Shown piece after piece: positions 8,388-16,626 of a stretch of DNA of 24,643 nucleotides (positions within the stretch are counted from its first letter, which is position 1; every line of letters starts with the position of its first letter). This stretch comes from an uncultured Syntrophomonadaceae bacterium. Lineage in GTDB: Bacteria > Bacillota > Dethiobacteria > DTU022. The notes beneath the pieces were generated by a model. The model was not told where the DNA came from. It was given only the letters and a program-made list of their open reading frames with translations, and searched no databases. The translations under genes were made by a program, and so were the position numbers. Where the stretch lies: assembly GCA_964596845.1 (NCBI GenBank), contig CAZQVX010000003.1:1-24643 (forward strand), given 5' to 3'.

Positions 8388-9755
8388 CTAAATCAGTGAG
8401 GCAAGTTCCCTGATGCTATCCAGGGTTTCCATTTTCATAACCAGATCGATAACCCGGTCCACCTTTGCCGGATCTCTTTCCCCCGAAAAATGCTGAACCT
8501 TTGCGGCCAGATCACCTTCTGTCATGGGGTCGCGAGGGTCGCCCTTGGGGATTTCCACTTCACTTTCCAGAGTTTTGCCGTTCGTCATTTTCACTTCCAC
8601 CCGGCTGGCGGTGAACTCGGGGTAACGGGCCGAGATCTCGTCGTCGGGAACAACATTGACCCGGCTGGTGAACTCCATCAATTTCCCGTCCTTCAGCCTC
8701 TGTTCAGTGAGCTGTGCCGGCCCCAGTTCTCCGTCAAAGATGCAGGCGGCGACAACGTAGGGGAGGGAAAACTGGGCGGAAACGAAGCTGCCTGCCTCAG
8801 GAACCCCCTTGCCCACGGCGATGAGAGCCATGTTGTAGGTGTAGACATTGACGGATGCTATCTCCGCAGGGGTAAGACTATACTTCCTGACGAGCTCCAA
8901 TGCGGCCTGCGCCGCTCCATGGGTATGCCGGCAGGCGGTATATGGCTTGAAGTAAATATCGTTGATGGCATAATGATGACCAAGCTCATCGGTAAGTTTC
9001 TTCAGGTTGGAGCCCATAGGGTTGGTGATTTGGATAAAACCGCCCCCCAGTGCCGAACCCTCGATGATCTCCGGACACCCCGTGATTCCTTTACCGGCCA
9101 GGCCTGCAGCCATAATCCCCGCGCCGGCGGCCTGGCCGCCCTGGACTATCTTGATCGTGTAGCCGCCCATGAGCTGTTCGGCCATGGAGAGGGGCAGCAA
9201 ATAGCCGGCATTGCCCAGGGCATTAACCGTGGTATCGGCATCATAGCCGTACAACCTGGCCGCAGCGGCGGCGGCGCCGAAAGCGCCGCAGGTGCCTGTA
9301 GGCAAAAAGCCGGAGACGGTGTGGCCTGGATGGACGGCTGCGGCAACCCTGCCGGCCACCTCGTAGCCGGCGATGATCGCCTCGAGCAGCCTGTCTCCTC
9401 CGGCATTCTCGGCTTCGGCAATAGCGAGCGCCGCAGGAATTACCGCCACTCCGGGATGGTTACCGCCGAAGCGGTAGCCGTCCTGGGCCTCGATCGCCTC
9501 TCCGGTGGTTCCGTTTAAGAATGCGGCCTGCTGCAGCCCTGTTTTGAAACCGCACCCCAGGACGGTGGCCGTCTCCGTTCCGCCCAGGGGGCGGATATAC
9601 TCCACGATCACCCGGGTAGCCTCCAGCTCCAGCGAGCCGTAGACATTGGCCACGTAATCGAGAAGGCATAACCTGGCTTTTCGGGCAACTTCCGCGGGAA
9701 CCGATTTAAGGGACAGGCCGGTGGTAAATTCAGCAAGCTCTCTCGTTGGGCCCAT
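8388..9755 (-). CDS. MmgE/PrpD family protein
   Basis: ARLCLLDYV, AAFLNG, NHPG (H101), IIAGYEVAGRV, KPYTACRHTH, AQFSLPYVVA, IPKGDPRDPM; SD AGGAGGAG. Confidence 0.9.
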   Translation of the reverse strand: MGPTRELAEFTTGLSLKSVPAEVARKARLCLLDYVANVYGSLELEATRVIVEYIRPLGGTETATVLGCGFKTGLQQAAFLNGTTGEAIEAQDGYRFGGNHPGVAVIPAALAIAEAENAGGDRLLEAIIAGYEVAGRVAAAVHPGHTVSGFLPTGTCGAFGAAAAAARLYGYDADTTVNALGNAGYLLPLSMAEQLMGGYTIKIVQGGQAAGAGIMAAGLAGKGITGCPEIIEGSALGGGFIQITNPMGSNLKKLTDELGHHYAINDIYFKPYTACRHTHGAAQAALELVRKYSLTPAEIASVNVYTYNMALIAVGKGVPEAGSFVSAQFSLPYVVAACIFDGELGPAQLTEQRLKDGKLMEFTSRVNVVPDDEISARYPEFTASRVEVKMTNGKTLESEVEIPKGDPRDPMTEGDLAAKVQHFSGERDPAKVDRVIDLVMKMETLDSIRELASLI

Positions 9756-9776
9756 CACAATCTCCTCCTTCTCTTT

Positions 9777-10577
9777 TTACACGTAGCCGCGTCTTTCGTA
9801 GATCTGGATCATTCTGTTGGGATCGAGCACTTCGCGGATAAGATGCAGCTCTTCCGCGGTGGGTGGCTCCGTTTCATGGACATCAACGGCCACCTTCAGA
9901 TCCCAGGGGGTCAGGCTGATCACTTCATCGACAGTGGTGTCGGGGTGGTAGGTGGCCAGATAGGCCTCCCTGGTGTGGGGATCAAAGCGCATCACTGCCT
10001 TGTTGGTGATGATCACCTCCGGGCCTGACCCGGCGGGAAACCCCCATTTCTCACGGCTGCCCGGACCGTCCAGGTAGCCCGGTGTGGTGATGAAATCGAC
10101 CCTTTCGGCCAGGGTCCTGGAGTTGTGGACGGCAATGATGAGGGTGCGTTTGGCCAGGGCGCCGATAGGGTTGGCGCCTCCTGAGCCCGGTAAACGGCTT
10201 CTGGGGGCGCCGTAATCTCCGATCACCGTGGTATTGATGTTGCCGAATTTGTCAACCTGGCTTCCCGCCAGAAAACCTACATCCACCCAACCTCCCTGGA
10301 GAAACATGCCCATCACTTCTATGAGCCCCCCGATCATGGCTGCTCCCGGGTTAAGACAGGGGTCGCCCACGGAGAGTGCCGGCCTGAGGGGGCGGGCATC
10401 GTAAACCCCCGATTCCTGCATCAGCCTGGCGTTCGGGGCATGAGTGTGGACGGCGATATTGGCGGCCATGGAAGGAAATCCCGTACCCACGACGACAATA
10501 TCGCCATCACGTATCTCTCTGGCGCCACAGCAGGCCATCAGCTCCGGTTTGATGTAATCCATTGGATCCATGCTCAT
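9777..10577 (-). CDS. Family I CoA-transferase subunit B (glutaconate CoA-transferase GctB-like)
   Basis: VVVGTGFP, QESG with catalytic Glu (10413-10415), GFLAGSQVDKFGNINTT, RLPGSGGA, VDFITTPG. Start may be 10586 or 10577. Confidence 0.9.
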   Translation of the reverse strand: MSMDPMDYIKPELMACCGAREIRDGDIVVVGTGFPSMAANIAVHTHAPNARLMQESGVYDARPLRPALSVGDPCLNPGAAMIGGLIEVMGMFLQGGWVDVGFLAGSQVDKFGNINTTVIGDYGAPRSRLPGSGGANPIGALAKRTLIIAVHNSRTLAERVDFITTPGYLDGPGSREKWGFPAGSGPEVIITNKAVMRFDPHTREAYLATYHPDTTVDEVISLTPWDLKVAVDVHETEPPTAEELHLIREVLDPNRMIQIYERRGYV

Positions 10578-10592
10578 CAGCGTCACCCCCGG

Positions 10593-11528
10593 TTAGTAGG
10601 AATAGGATACCGGGTAACTGTAATCGAACCCGGCTTTCAGGGAAGAGAATTTTTCATAGCCATACTTCTTGATGAAATGCTCCGTGTACTGGGCGCGGTT
10701 CTTGACCCCGTAAACCCACTCGTCAAGAAAGTTTTCAAAGCCTTCTACCGTGTTAGAGGCCTGCTGGTAGTCATAACCGTAGCTCAGATCGACATCATAG
10801 AAACCGGGGGCGTACCCCGGGTGCGCGCCAAATGGCTCCTCTGTCACCGCCACAACCTTGAATCCGGGGACGATGGTCCGCGAGGGGTCTTTCCCGATCA
10901 CTTCCCGGCTGACGATGCGCTCGCAGCTGACGATGACCTTCCCTGAGGCATTGGCTCCCCACCTGCAGTCGCCGCCGATGCCCCACATTTGTGCATTTCC
11001 CTCTTCGTCGGCCTGCTGGACATGGATAATGGCTACATCCGGCTTAAGGGAAGGTACGAGCATGGTAGGGTTGCCGTCGAAGGGCGAATCGATGATTTTA
11101 AACTTGCCCTCGCCCATGAAAGAGCTCACTTTCATCAGGTCGGTGCCTGCCATATCCTTAACAGGGACAAAGGGCATCCCTGTCGCCCCCGCCATGAGCA
11201 TCAGGGGCAGCGACAGGTTGGTGTATTCCTCGATTTCAATTTTGTGGGGTATGCCTTTTTCGATGGATCTGCGGTAACAGCGGGCCAGCCCGTAAAGGCC
11301 CAGGGAAATAAATGTGGAAATAAAACGTTTCACGCATCCTGCGCCGATGAGCATGTCAAAATCATCGGCGGCATTACTGCGGGTGATGGTCAGATCGCTT
11401 TTTTTCCGGCGAATGATCTCGTGGATGGCGGCGAAGGGCGGTCTGGCAATATAACCGCCGATAAAGAGAAAATCGCCGTCATGGACAAACTTTTCTACAG
11501 CCTCAGCGGTGGTCATCACCTTGCTCAT
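10593..11528 (-). CDS. Family I CoA-transferase subunit A (GctA-like)
   Basis: MSKVMTTAEAVEKFVHDGDFLFIGG..PFAAIHEIIR, KPDVAIIHVQQADEEGN, EPFGAHP; SD GGAGGG before ATG 11528. Confidence 0.9.
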   Translation of the reverse strand: MSKVMTTAEAVEKFVHDGDFLFIGGYIARPPFAAIHEIIRRKKSDLTITRSNAADDFDMLIGAGCVKRFISTFISLGLYGLARCYRRSIEKGIPHKIEIEEYTNLSLPLMLMAGATGMPFVPVKDMAGTDLMKVSSFMGEGKFKIIDSPFDGNPTMLVPSLKPDVAIIHVQQADEEGNAQMWGIGGDCRWGANASGKVIVSCERIVSREVIGKDPSRTIVPGFKVVAVTEEPFGAHPGYAPGFYDVDLSYGYDYQQASNTVEGFENFLDEWVYGVKNRAQYTEHFIKKYGYEKFSSLKAGFDYSYPVSYSY

Positions 11529-11594
11529 CTGCATCCCTCCCGGGGTAATCAATCCATCCTTCCGGTTCGGATTGATCCGTTCTTGTTCATCCTT

Positions 11595-13985
11595 TCAGCC
11601 GCCCTGCTCAAACTCAGTGCGGCTGATGATCTCGTCCTGGGCAATTTCGCTCAGATCGATAAACTCCGCTGAATAACCGCTGACCCTGACAAAGAGGTCG
11701 CGGTATTTCTCGGGCTCTTTCTTTGCATTTTTGAGGGTTTCCGTATCGACCATGTTGAACTGGACCTGCATCCCGCCGCTGTCCATGTAAGCGCGGATCA
11801 GGTGGGCCAGGTGGGCGCTTTTCATCTTTTTTCCCTGGAAGCGCATGTTCAGGTTGGCCCCGTTGTAGAGCCGTTCTAGGGGCAGTTTCACTGCTGAATT
11901 CATCACTGCCGTGGGTCCGCTTACGGCATTCCCCGTTGTAGGCGTGATCCCGTTGCCCAGCACATCACCGGCGGACCTGCCCTCCGGGGTGGCTCCGGTA
12001 AAAGCGCCGAAAGAGATGTGAAAACCTACAGAGAAGATGCCCGGCCAAAGGAATCCGCCGCGGAAATTGTGGTGGGCGCCGATGACATCGCAGTAATGTT
12101 CAGCCACCTTCTTCGCCAGCGCATCCACGTCGTCGCAGTCATTGCCGTACTTGGGCACCCTGTTCAGCATGTACTGGCGCCACTTTTCCGAATCGTACCA
12201 GTCGTCTGTAAGCATTGCCGTCAGTTCGGACATTGTCAGGACCTTGTCTTCGAACACAGCCTTCTTAACGGCATAAAGGCTGTCGACGACATTGGCGAAG
12301 CCCATGAGCTGGACGCCGGTGGAGTTGTATACTGCTCCGCCCCGGGTCAGGTCAAGGCCTTTCTCGAGGCAGCCCGCGATGACCGCCGAGGCGAAGGGAG
12401 AGGGGACGTTGTCGGCGATGGCTTCATCGAGGATGCACATGCCCCTGGCTATCTGGCCTGCAAAATGGCTCAACTGCCGGTCATAGGCGTCCCAGAGATT
12501 TTCGAAAGAGGTGAATTGGGCCGGATCGCCCGTTTGTAAGCCCGACTGATAACCGAAGATCTGGTCAATACCATTGCTCAGCGCGAACTCGACGCACTTC
12601 AGGCCGTTGAACTGCACGGCAAAGGTGGAGCCGAAAGTCTTGCCCTGGGCATTCGGCTCAAGGCATCCCACAATGCCGTAATTGCGTGCATCTTCCAGGG
12701 TATGACCGCTGTGAAGCAGTGTTTTCACGATGGCTTCGTCGTTGAAAAAGTGCAGCAGCACCCCGTCCCGGGCGTAGTCGACAGCTTTCATCAGAAAGTC
12801 TTCGGGGGATTTGGGGGAGAGGCGCACCCCGAAGTTGGGCTGCACGGTGCGCACATCGCTGAAGGCGTCGAGACCGATATAGCTCAGCTCATTGGTGGCG
12901 TCATTCCCCTCGGTGTTGACGCCTCCAACAATGGTGTTCTGGGTCGTCTTGCCCTGGGTCCCCTCGCCGCCCGGGGTGAAAGCCTCTTCCAGCAGGTTCC
13001 AGATTTCATTGGTCTTGATGTAGAGCAGCGCAAGCAGTTCCCGGGCCTCCGCAGGGGTGAGGCGCCCGGCCTCTTTATCCCGGCGGTAGTAGGGATAGAG
13101 GATCTGGTCGATCCGGCCAAGGGATATGGAATTGCCCCCTGATTCGATCTGTGAGGTGAGATGGATAAAGTAGACGCTCTGGACCGCTTCGTGGAAGCTC
13201 TCTGCGGGATGTTCAGGCACGCGGGTGCAGACCCGGGCGATCTTCATCAGTTCCGCAGCGCGCCTTTTATCTTTTTCCTGATGGGCCATCTCGCGGGCCA
13301 GGATGCTGTAGCGGCGGGCAAAGGAGATCACTGCGCTGCAGGATCGGATCACCGCCTCGTAGAACATCTTTTTGCCGCTGTCTGCCGGGGAATTGCTGCA
13401 CCCGGCGAGCCTTTCACGCGCTTCACCAATGATGCCGCCTAGTCCTGCGGAGAGCACCCTGTCATGATCGATGGTGAAATGGCCGATCCCATAGGTAATC
13501 TCCAGCATCATGGTGAAAACATACTTATCCATATCCGCCAGCAGATCGGGCGGCATGCGGGATTCCATCACATCCTCTACGGTTTTCCCCTGCCAGAAGG
13601 GCAGGATCTCGCTCTTAAGCTCCGCTATCTCAGCGGGGCTGATCAGGGCCTTCTGCACCGCCCGGATCCCCAGGGATTCAAGGTCCCCCTCTATCCACCT
13701 CGATTTATTTTCCGGAAAGAGGGGCGCCCCCTTTAGCTTGCTTGTACGGCACCCTACAATAAGCTCGTCATCTCTGATGATGGGGGTGATGTTGTTTAAA
13801 ATGTGCTCAAAAGCCAGGCTCATCCGCTCCAGGGGATCCCGGGCCCAGTTTTCTTTCATCGATTGGGTCAGATATCTGGCTCTTTCTATGCATACTTCCA
13901 TGGGAGCGTCAATAATTTTCCATCTGAGTCGACCGACTCTGGTGTTTGGATAACCGGCGTCGTGAAAAGCGGCCTGGTGTTCCAT
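11595..13985 (-). CDS. Glycyl radical enzyme, eliminase (dehydratase/lyase)-like clade, substrate unknown
   Basis: Single-Cys loop YGIVGCLEP (C442, E444; ORF-track numbering), glycyl loop LFVRVSGYS (G771), DELIVG, PKYGND, GATPEGR. TGATG overlap with the upstream SDR puts the start at 13985. Confidence 0.96.
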   Translation of the reverse strand: MEHQAAFHDAGYPNTRVGRLRWKIIDAPMEVCIERARYLTQSMKENWARDPLERMSLAFEHILNNITPIIRDDELIVGCRTSKLKGAPLFPENKSRWIEGDLESLGIRAVQKALISPAEIAELKSEILPFWQGKTVEDVMESRMPPDLLADMDKYVFTMMLEITYGIGHFTIDHDRVLSAGLGGIIGEARERLAGCSNSPADSGKKMFYEAVIRSCSAVISFARRYSILAREMAHQEKDKRRAAELMKIARVCTRVPEHPAESFHEAVQSVYFIHLTSQIESGGNSISLGRIDQILYPYYRRDKEAGRLTPAEARELLALLYIKTNEIWNLLEEAFTPGGEGTQGKTTQNTIVGGVNTEGNDATNELSYIGLDAFSDVRTVQPNFGVRLSPKSPEDFLMKAVDYARDGVLLHFFNDEAIVKTLLHSGHTLEDARNYGIVGCLEPNAQGKTFGSTFAVQFNGLKCVEFALSNGIDQIFGYQSGLQTGDPAQFTSFENLWDAYDRQLSHFAGQIARGMCILDEAIADNVPSPFASAVIAGCLEKGLDLTRGGAVYNSTGVQLMGFANVVDSLYAVKKAVFEDKVLTMSELTAMLTDDWYDSEKWRQYMLNRVPKYGNDCDDVDALAKKVAEHYCDVIGAHHNFRGGFLWPGIFSVGFHISFGAFTGATPEGRSAGDVLGNGITPTTGNAVSGPTAVMNSAVKLPLERLYNGANLNMRFQGKKMKSAHLAHLIRAYMDSGGMQVQFNMVDTETLKNAKKEPEKYRDLFVRVSGYSAEFIDLSEIAQDEIISRTEFEQGG

Positions 13986-14830
13986 CAAACAGTCCCTCGC
14001 TTTACCTTTATATCCATGTGGCTCACAAGGATGGCATCACGCAAGCCCCCCGGGATGAACCGGTTCAGCCAGAGCAGAAAACTGCTCTGGAAATCGATCT
14101 GGTTAAAAAAGTGCACTTTATCAGACATGATCACCTGGAAGATCCTTTCCGCGGCGGCTTCCGGGTCAGGCGCCTTTTTAATGAGCACTTTGTCCCGCTC
14201 GATGAACCTGCCGGCGCGCTCGCGATAGGGGGAGCCCTCCGGCGGGAGGACATGAATCTTGGCGGCAAAACTGGTGGATACCTGAGCCGGCTCGATGACC
14301 GCCACATCTATCCCGAAATGCTCCACCTCGTATTTGATGGACTGCATCAGCCCCGTGACGGCGAATTTGCTTGCGGTATAGATGGATTCGAAGGGGAAAG
14401 GGACGCGGCCGACAAGCGAAGACATGGCGATCATTTTGCCCCGGCGCTGCTCACGCATGGATGGAAGGAAGGCCTGGAATGTGGCCGCCGCACCGATGAC
14501 GTTGATCTCCAGGCACCGGAGCGCTTTTTCCAGGTCGGCCTCCTCGAAGGGGCTGAAAAAACCGATCCCTACGTTAGAGAGCACAGTATCCACATGCCCG
14601 TACTTTTCAAGGACCCTGTCACGAAAATTCAGGATCCTTCGGCGATCGGTAATGTCGAAAGCTTCAAGCAGGTGCTCACCGCCAATTGCGGACAGCTCTG
14701 CTTCAAGTGTGGATAGTTTTTCGGAATCCAGATCAAATCCCGCAACGCTGCACCCGGCCCGGGCGAGTTTTCGGGCTGTAACCCGGCCCATCCCATCGGC
14801 CAACCCCGTAATCACCACAACCTGCCCCAC
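13985..14830 (-). CDS. Classical short-chain dehydrogenase/reductase
   Basis: TGLADGMG (TGxxxGxG), acidic GFDLD after beta2, MSS, YTASK (YxxxK), VAVIEP; SD AGGAGG before GTG. Confidence 0.92.
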   Translation of the reverse strand: MGQVVVITGLADGMGRVTARKLARAGCSVAGFDLDSEKLSTLEAELSAIGGEHLLEAFDITDRRRILNFRDRVLEKYGHVDTVLSNVGIGFFSPFEEADLEKALRCLEINVIGAAATFQAFLPSMREQRRGKMIAMSSLVGRVPFPFESIYTASKFAVTGLMQSIKYEVEHFGIDVAVIEPAQVSTSFAAKIHVLPPEGSPYRERAGRFIERDKVLIKKAPDPEAAAERIFQVIMSDKVHFFNQIDFQSSFLLWLNRFIPGGLRDAILVSHMDIKVKRGTV

Positions 14831-14852
14831 AAAAACACCTCCTTTTTAGGTC

Positions 14853-15845
14853 CTACCGTTTTGTCCTGTGAAACCGGTACCATTCCGCCAGTTGCTTCAT
14901 GGACGCCATAAAGTCCGGATAGAGCAGGTTGTAACCGGCGGCTTTAAGCTTGCTGTTATCCACCACATAGTCATCACAGAGGTATCTCACCGCATCGGAT
15001 TCAAGGTCCGGGATTTTATTTTTTCCCGCCGCGGAAGCCCCATCGATGGAGGCGACAATTTTAACGAGCCAGAGAGGGAGGTGCAGGGTGGGGCGTTTGC
15101 TGCCGAAGGCCTCTGCGGCGGCGATAAGCGCCGCCTTAACTTCCGGATGCGTATCTTCGGCGAGGTTATAGGCCTGGCCTACCGCCGGGTCCAGGCGGGA
15201 GAGATACTCTGCTGCCGCAGCTACATCCTCAACCCGGATGTTCGAAAGCAGCTGTGTGCCCTTACCGGGAATGCCGGTAATGCTCGTGGGCCGGGAGAAA
15301 GCTTTGCCCGCCCCGTCATTGCAGCCGGGCCCGTAGACGGTGCAGGGGCGCAGAATCACTGCCGGCAGGCCTTCTTTGATCCGCTTCCAGACGATATTCT
15401 CCCCATCGCGCTTGCTCCTGCCGTAGGCATCCACAGGCTCGCGCGGTGAATCCTCGGTGAAGGGGAGCCCTTTGTAGCGGCCATATACACTCGTGGAAGC
15501 GACATGGACAAAGCGTTTTACGCCGTGTTCCAGGGCCAGCGCTGTGATCCTTTCCACGCCTTCCACGTTGGTGGGGTAGAGCCCCGCGTAGGGTGTGGAG
15601 AAGTTGCAGATTGCTCCGAGGTGAAAGACGCGTTCAACGTGATCCCGAAAGAGGGGGGGAAGGGTCTCTGGTTTTGTCAAATCGGCAGGCATGTAATCCA
15701 CGCCAAGGTTATCAAAAAATGAGAGATCTTCGCGGGGCCTCGAGCTAGCGCGAACCCGCACCCCCTTCTTTACCAGGTGCTCCACCAGGTGGCGCCCCAT
15801 GAAACCCGCCGCGCCGGTGACCAGGGCGAGGCCTTCAAATTCCAC
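14853..15845 (-). CDS. Extended SDR / NAD-dependent epimerase-dehydratase (3beta-HSD/HpnA-like)
   Basis: TGAAGFMG, HLGA, NVEG, FVHVASTSVYG, YGRSK, ILRPCTVYGPG. GTG 15845 has SD AGAGAGGG; alternative start 15866. Confidence 0.9.
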   Translation of the reverse strand: MEFEGLALVTGAAGFMGRHLVEHLVKKGVRVRASSRPREDLSFFDNLGVDYMPADLTKPETLPPLFRDHVERVFHLGAICNFSTPYAGLYPTNVEGVERITALALEHGVKRFVHVASTSVYGRYKGLPFTEDSPREPVDAYGRSKRDGENIVWKRIKEGLPAVILRPCTVYGPGCNDGAGKAFSRPTSITGIPGKGTQLLSNIRVEDVAAAAEYLSRLDPAVGQAYNLAEDTHPEVKAALIAAAEAFGSKRPTLHLPLWLVKIVASIDGASAAGKNKIPDLESDAVRYLCDDYVVDNSKLKAAGYNLLYPDFMASMKQLAEWYRFHRTKR

Positions 15846-15897
15846 AGCTATTCCCTCTCTTTCCACAGCGAAGGTCGGAGGACGGCGTTATTTGCAT

Positions 15898-16431
15898 TTA
15901 TCCCTCGTTGTTATTCTTGATTTCTTCGGCCGCATGACGCAGCCAGCCGATGTAGGCTTCGTTCAACGTTACTCCCAGCTGGGCCAACAAGTTAACATAA
16001 ACACCTTGCCTGCTCCACCGGTCCCGGTTTGCCTTTCTCCGGGCCAGCTGTTTTTCATGCAGGGTAATCTGATCTTCGATGATTTGCAGGGCTCTTACGT
16101 CATCGCTAAAACCGAAAAAAGCGAACTTCAGCAGAAAGGAATCCCTCAGGATCATCGGCCGGATGGGATCTTGGGCCACCCAGCGGGAGAATTCTTCCCG
16201 CCCCCTTTCCTCAATGGTATAGAGTTTCTTTTGCGGACCGCCTTTTTGGGAGGGAGACAGTTCTTTCATGCGGATAAAACCTTCTTCTTCCAAGGCCTTC
16301 AGGTTGGGGTAGATCTGCCCAAAGTTGATTGTCCACATATGGCCGAAGTTGTTTTCAAGATGTTCCTTGATGCGATAGCCATGCATGTCGGAGTAATGAA
16401 GCAGCCCCAGTATTGCATATTTTATAGACAT
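15898..16431 (-). CDS. PadR family transcriptional regulator
   Basis: ILGLL..MHGYRIK..WTINFGQIYPNLKALEEEGFI..KKLYTIEERGREEF plus a helical C-terminal domain; SD GAAGGGGG. Confidence 0.93.
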   Translation of the reverse strand: MSIKYAILGLLHYSDMHGYRIKEHLENNFGHMWTINFGQIYPNLKALEEEGFIRMKELSPSQKGGPQKKLYTIEERGREEFSRWVAQDPIRPMILRDSFLLKFAFFGFSDDVRALQIIEDQITLHEKQLARRKANRDRWSRQGVYVNLLAQLGVTLNEAYIGWLRHAAEEIKNNNEG

Positions 16432-16452
16432 CCGGAATTTGCCCCCTTCCCA

Positions 16453-16471
16453 GTATATATAAACTATATAC
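16453..16471. promoter_or_regulatory. Putative PadR operator, GTATATA-N5-TATATAC
   Basis: Perfect 7-bp inverted repeat overlapping the -10 box and predicted +1 of the padR promoter. Confidence 0.65.
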
Positions 16472-16491
16472 GTAACTTACACAATTGTCAA
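16463..16491 (-). promoter_or_regulatory. sigma70/sigmaA promoter of the padR-GRE operon
   Basis: TTGACA (16491-16486), 17-nt spacer, TATAGT (16468-16463). Confidence 0.8.
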
Positions 16492-16626
16492 TGGATTTTT
16501 AATTGGCTGATAGCAGGGCTGCTGCGCTGTGGGTCTTTTGAGCGAGCTGGTGCAGGAATTATCTACTTGTTCAAGAATTAATTATATAGTAGAAACTATC
16601 ATCTATTTCAAGAAAGGGGATGGGCC

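Noticed and set aside
8490-9518. 342-aa + strand ORF, and similar long antisense ORFs such as 7158-7958, 5072-5668, 10989-11672, 13946-14716, 16849-17754, 20405-21262 and 22563-23384
   Set aside because: They overlap well-supported genes on the opposite strand and lack recognisable motifs; they are typical shadow ORFs of GC-rich coding DNA.
9709-9718. AGGGACAGGC inside the mmgE/prpD gene as a third repeat copy
   Set aside because: It lies in coding sequence without the GCCA/TGGC ends; probably chance.
11595-13985. Calling the GRE pyruvate formate-lyase, or a benzyl/alkylsuccinate synthase
   Set aside because: It has a single Cys with CLE rather than adjacent CC or LCMSP-type motifs, and there are no small Bss/Ass subunit genes.
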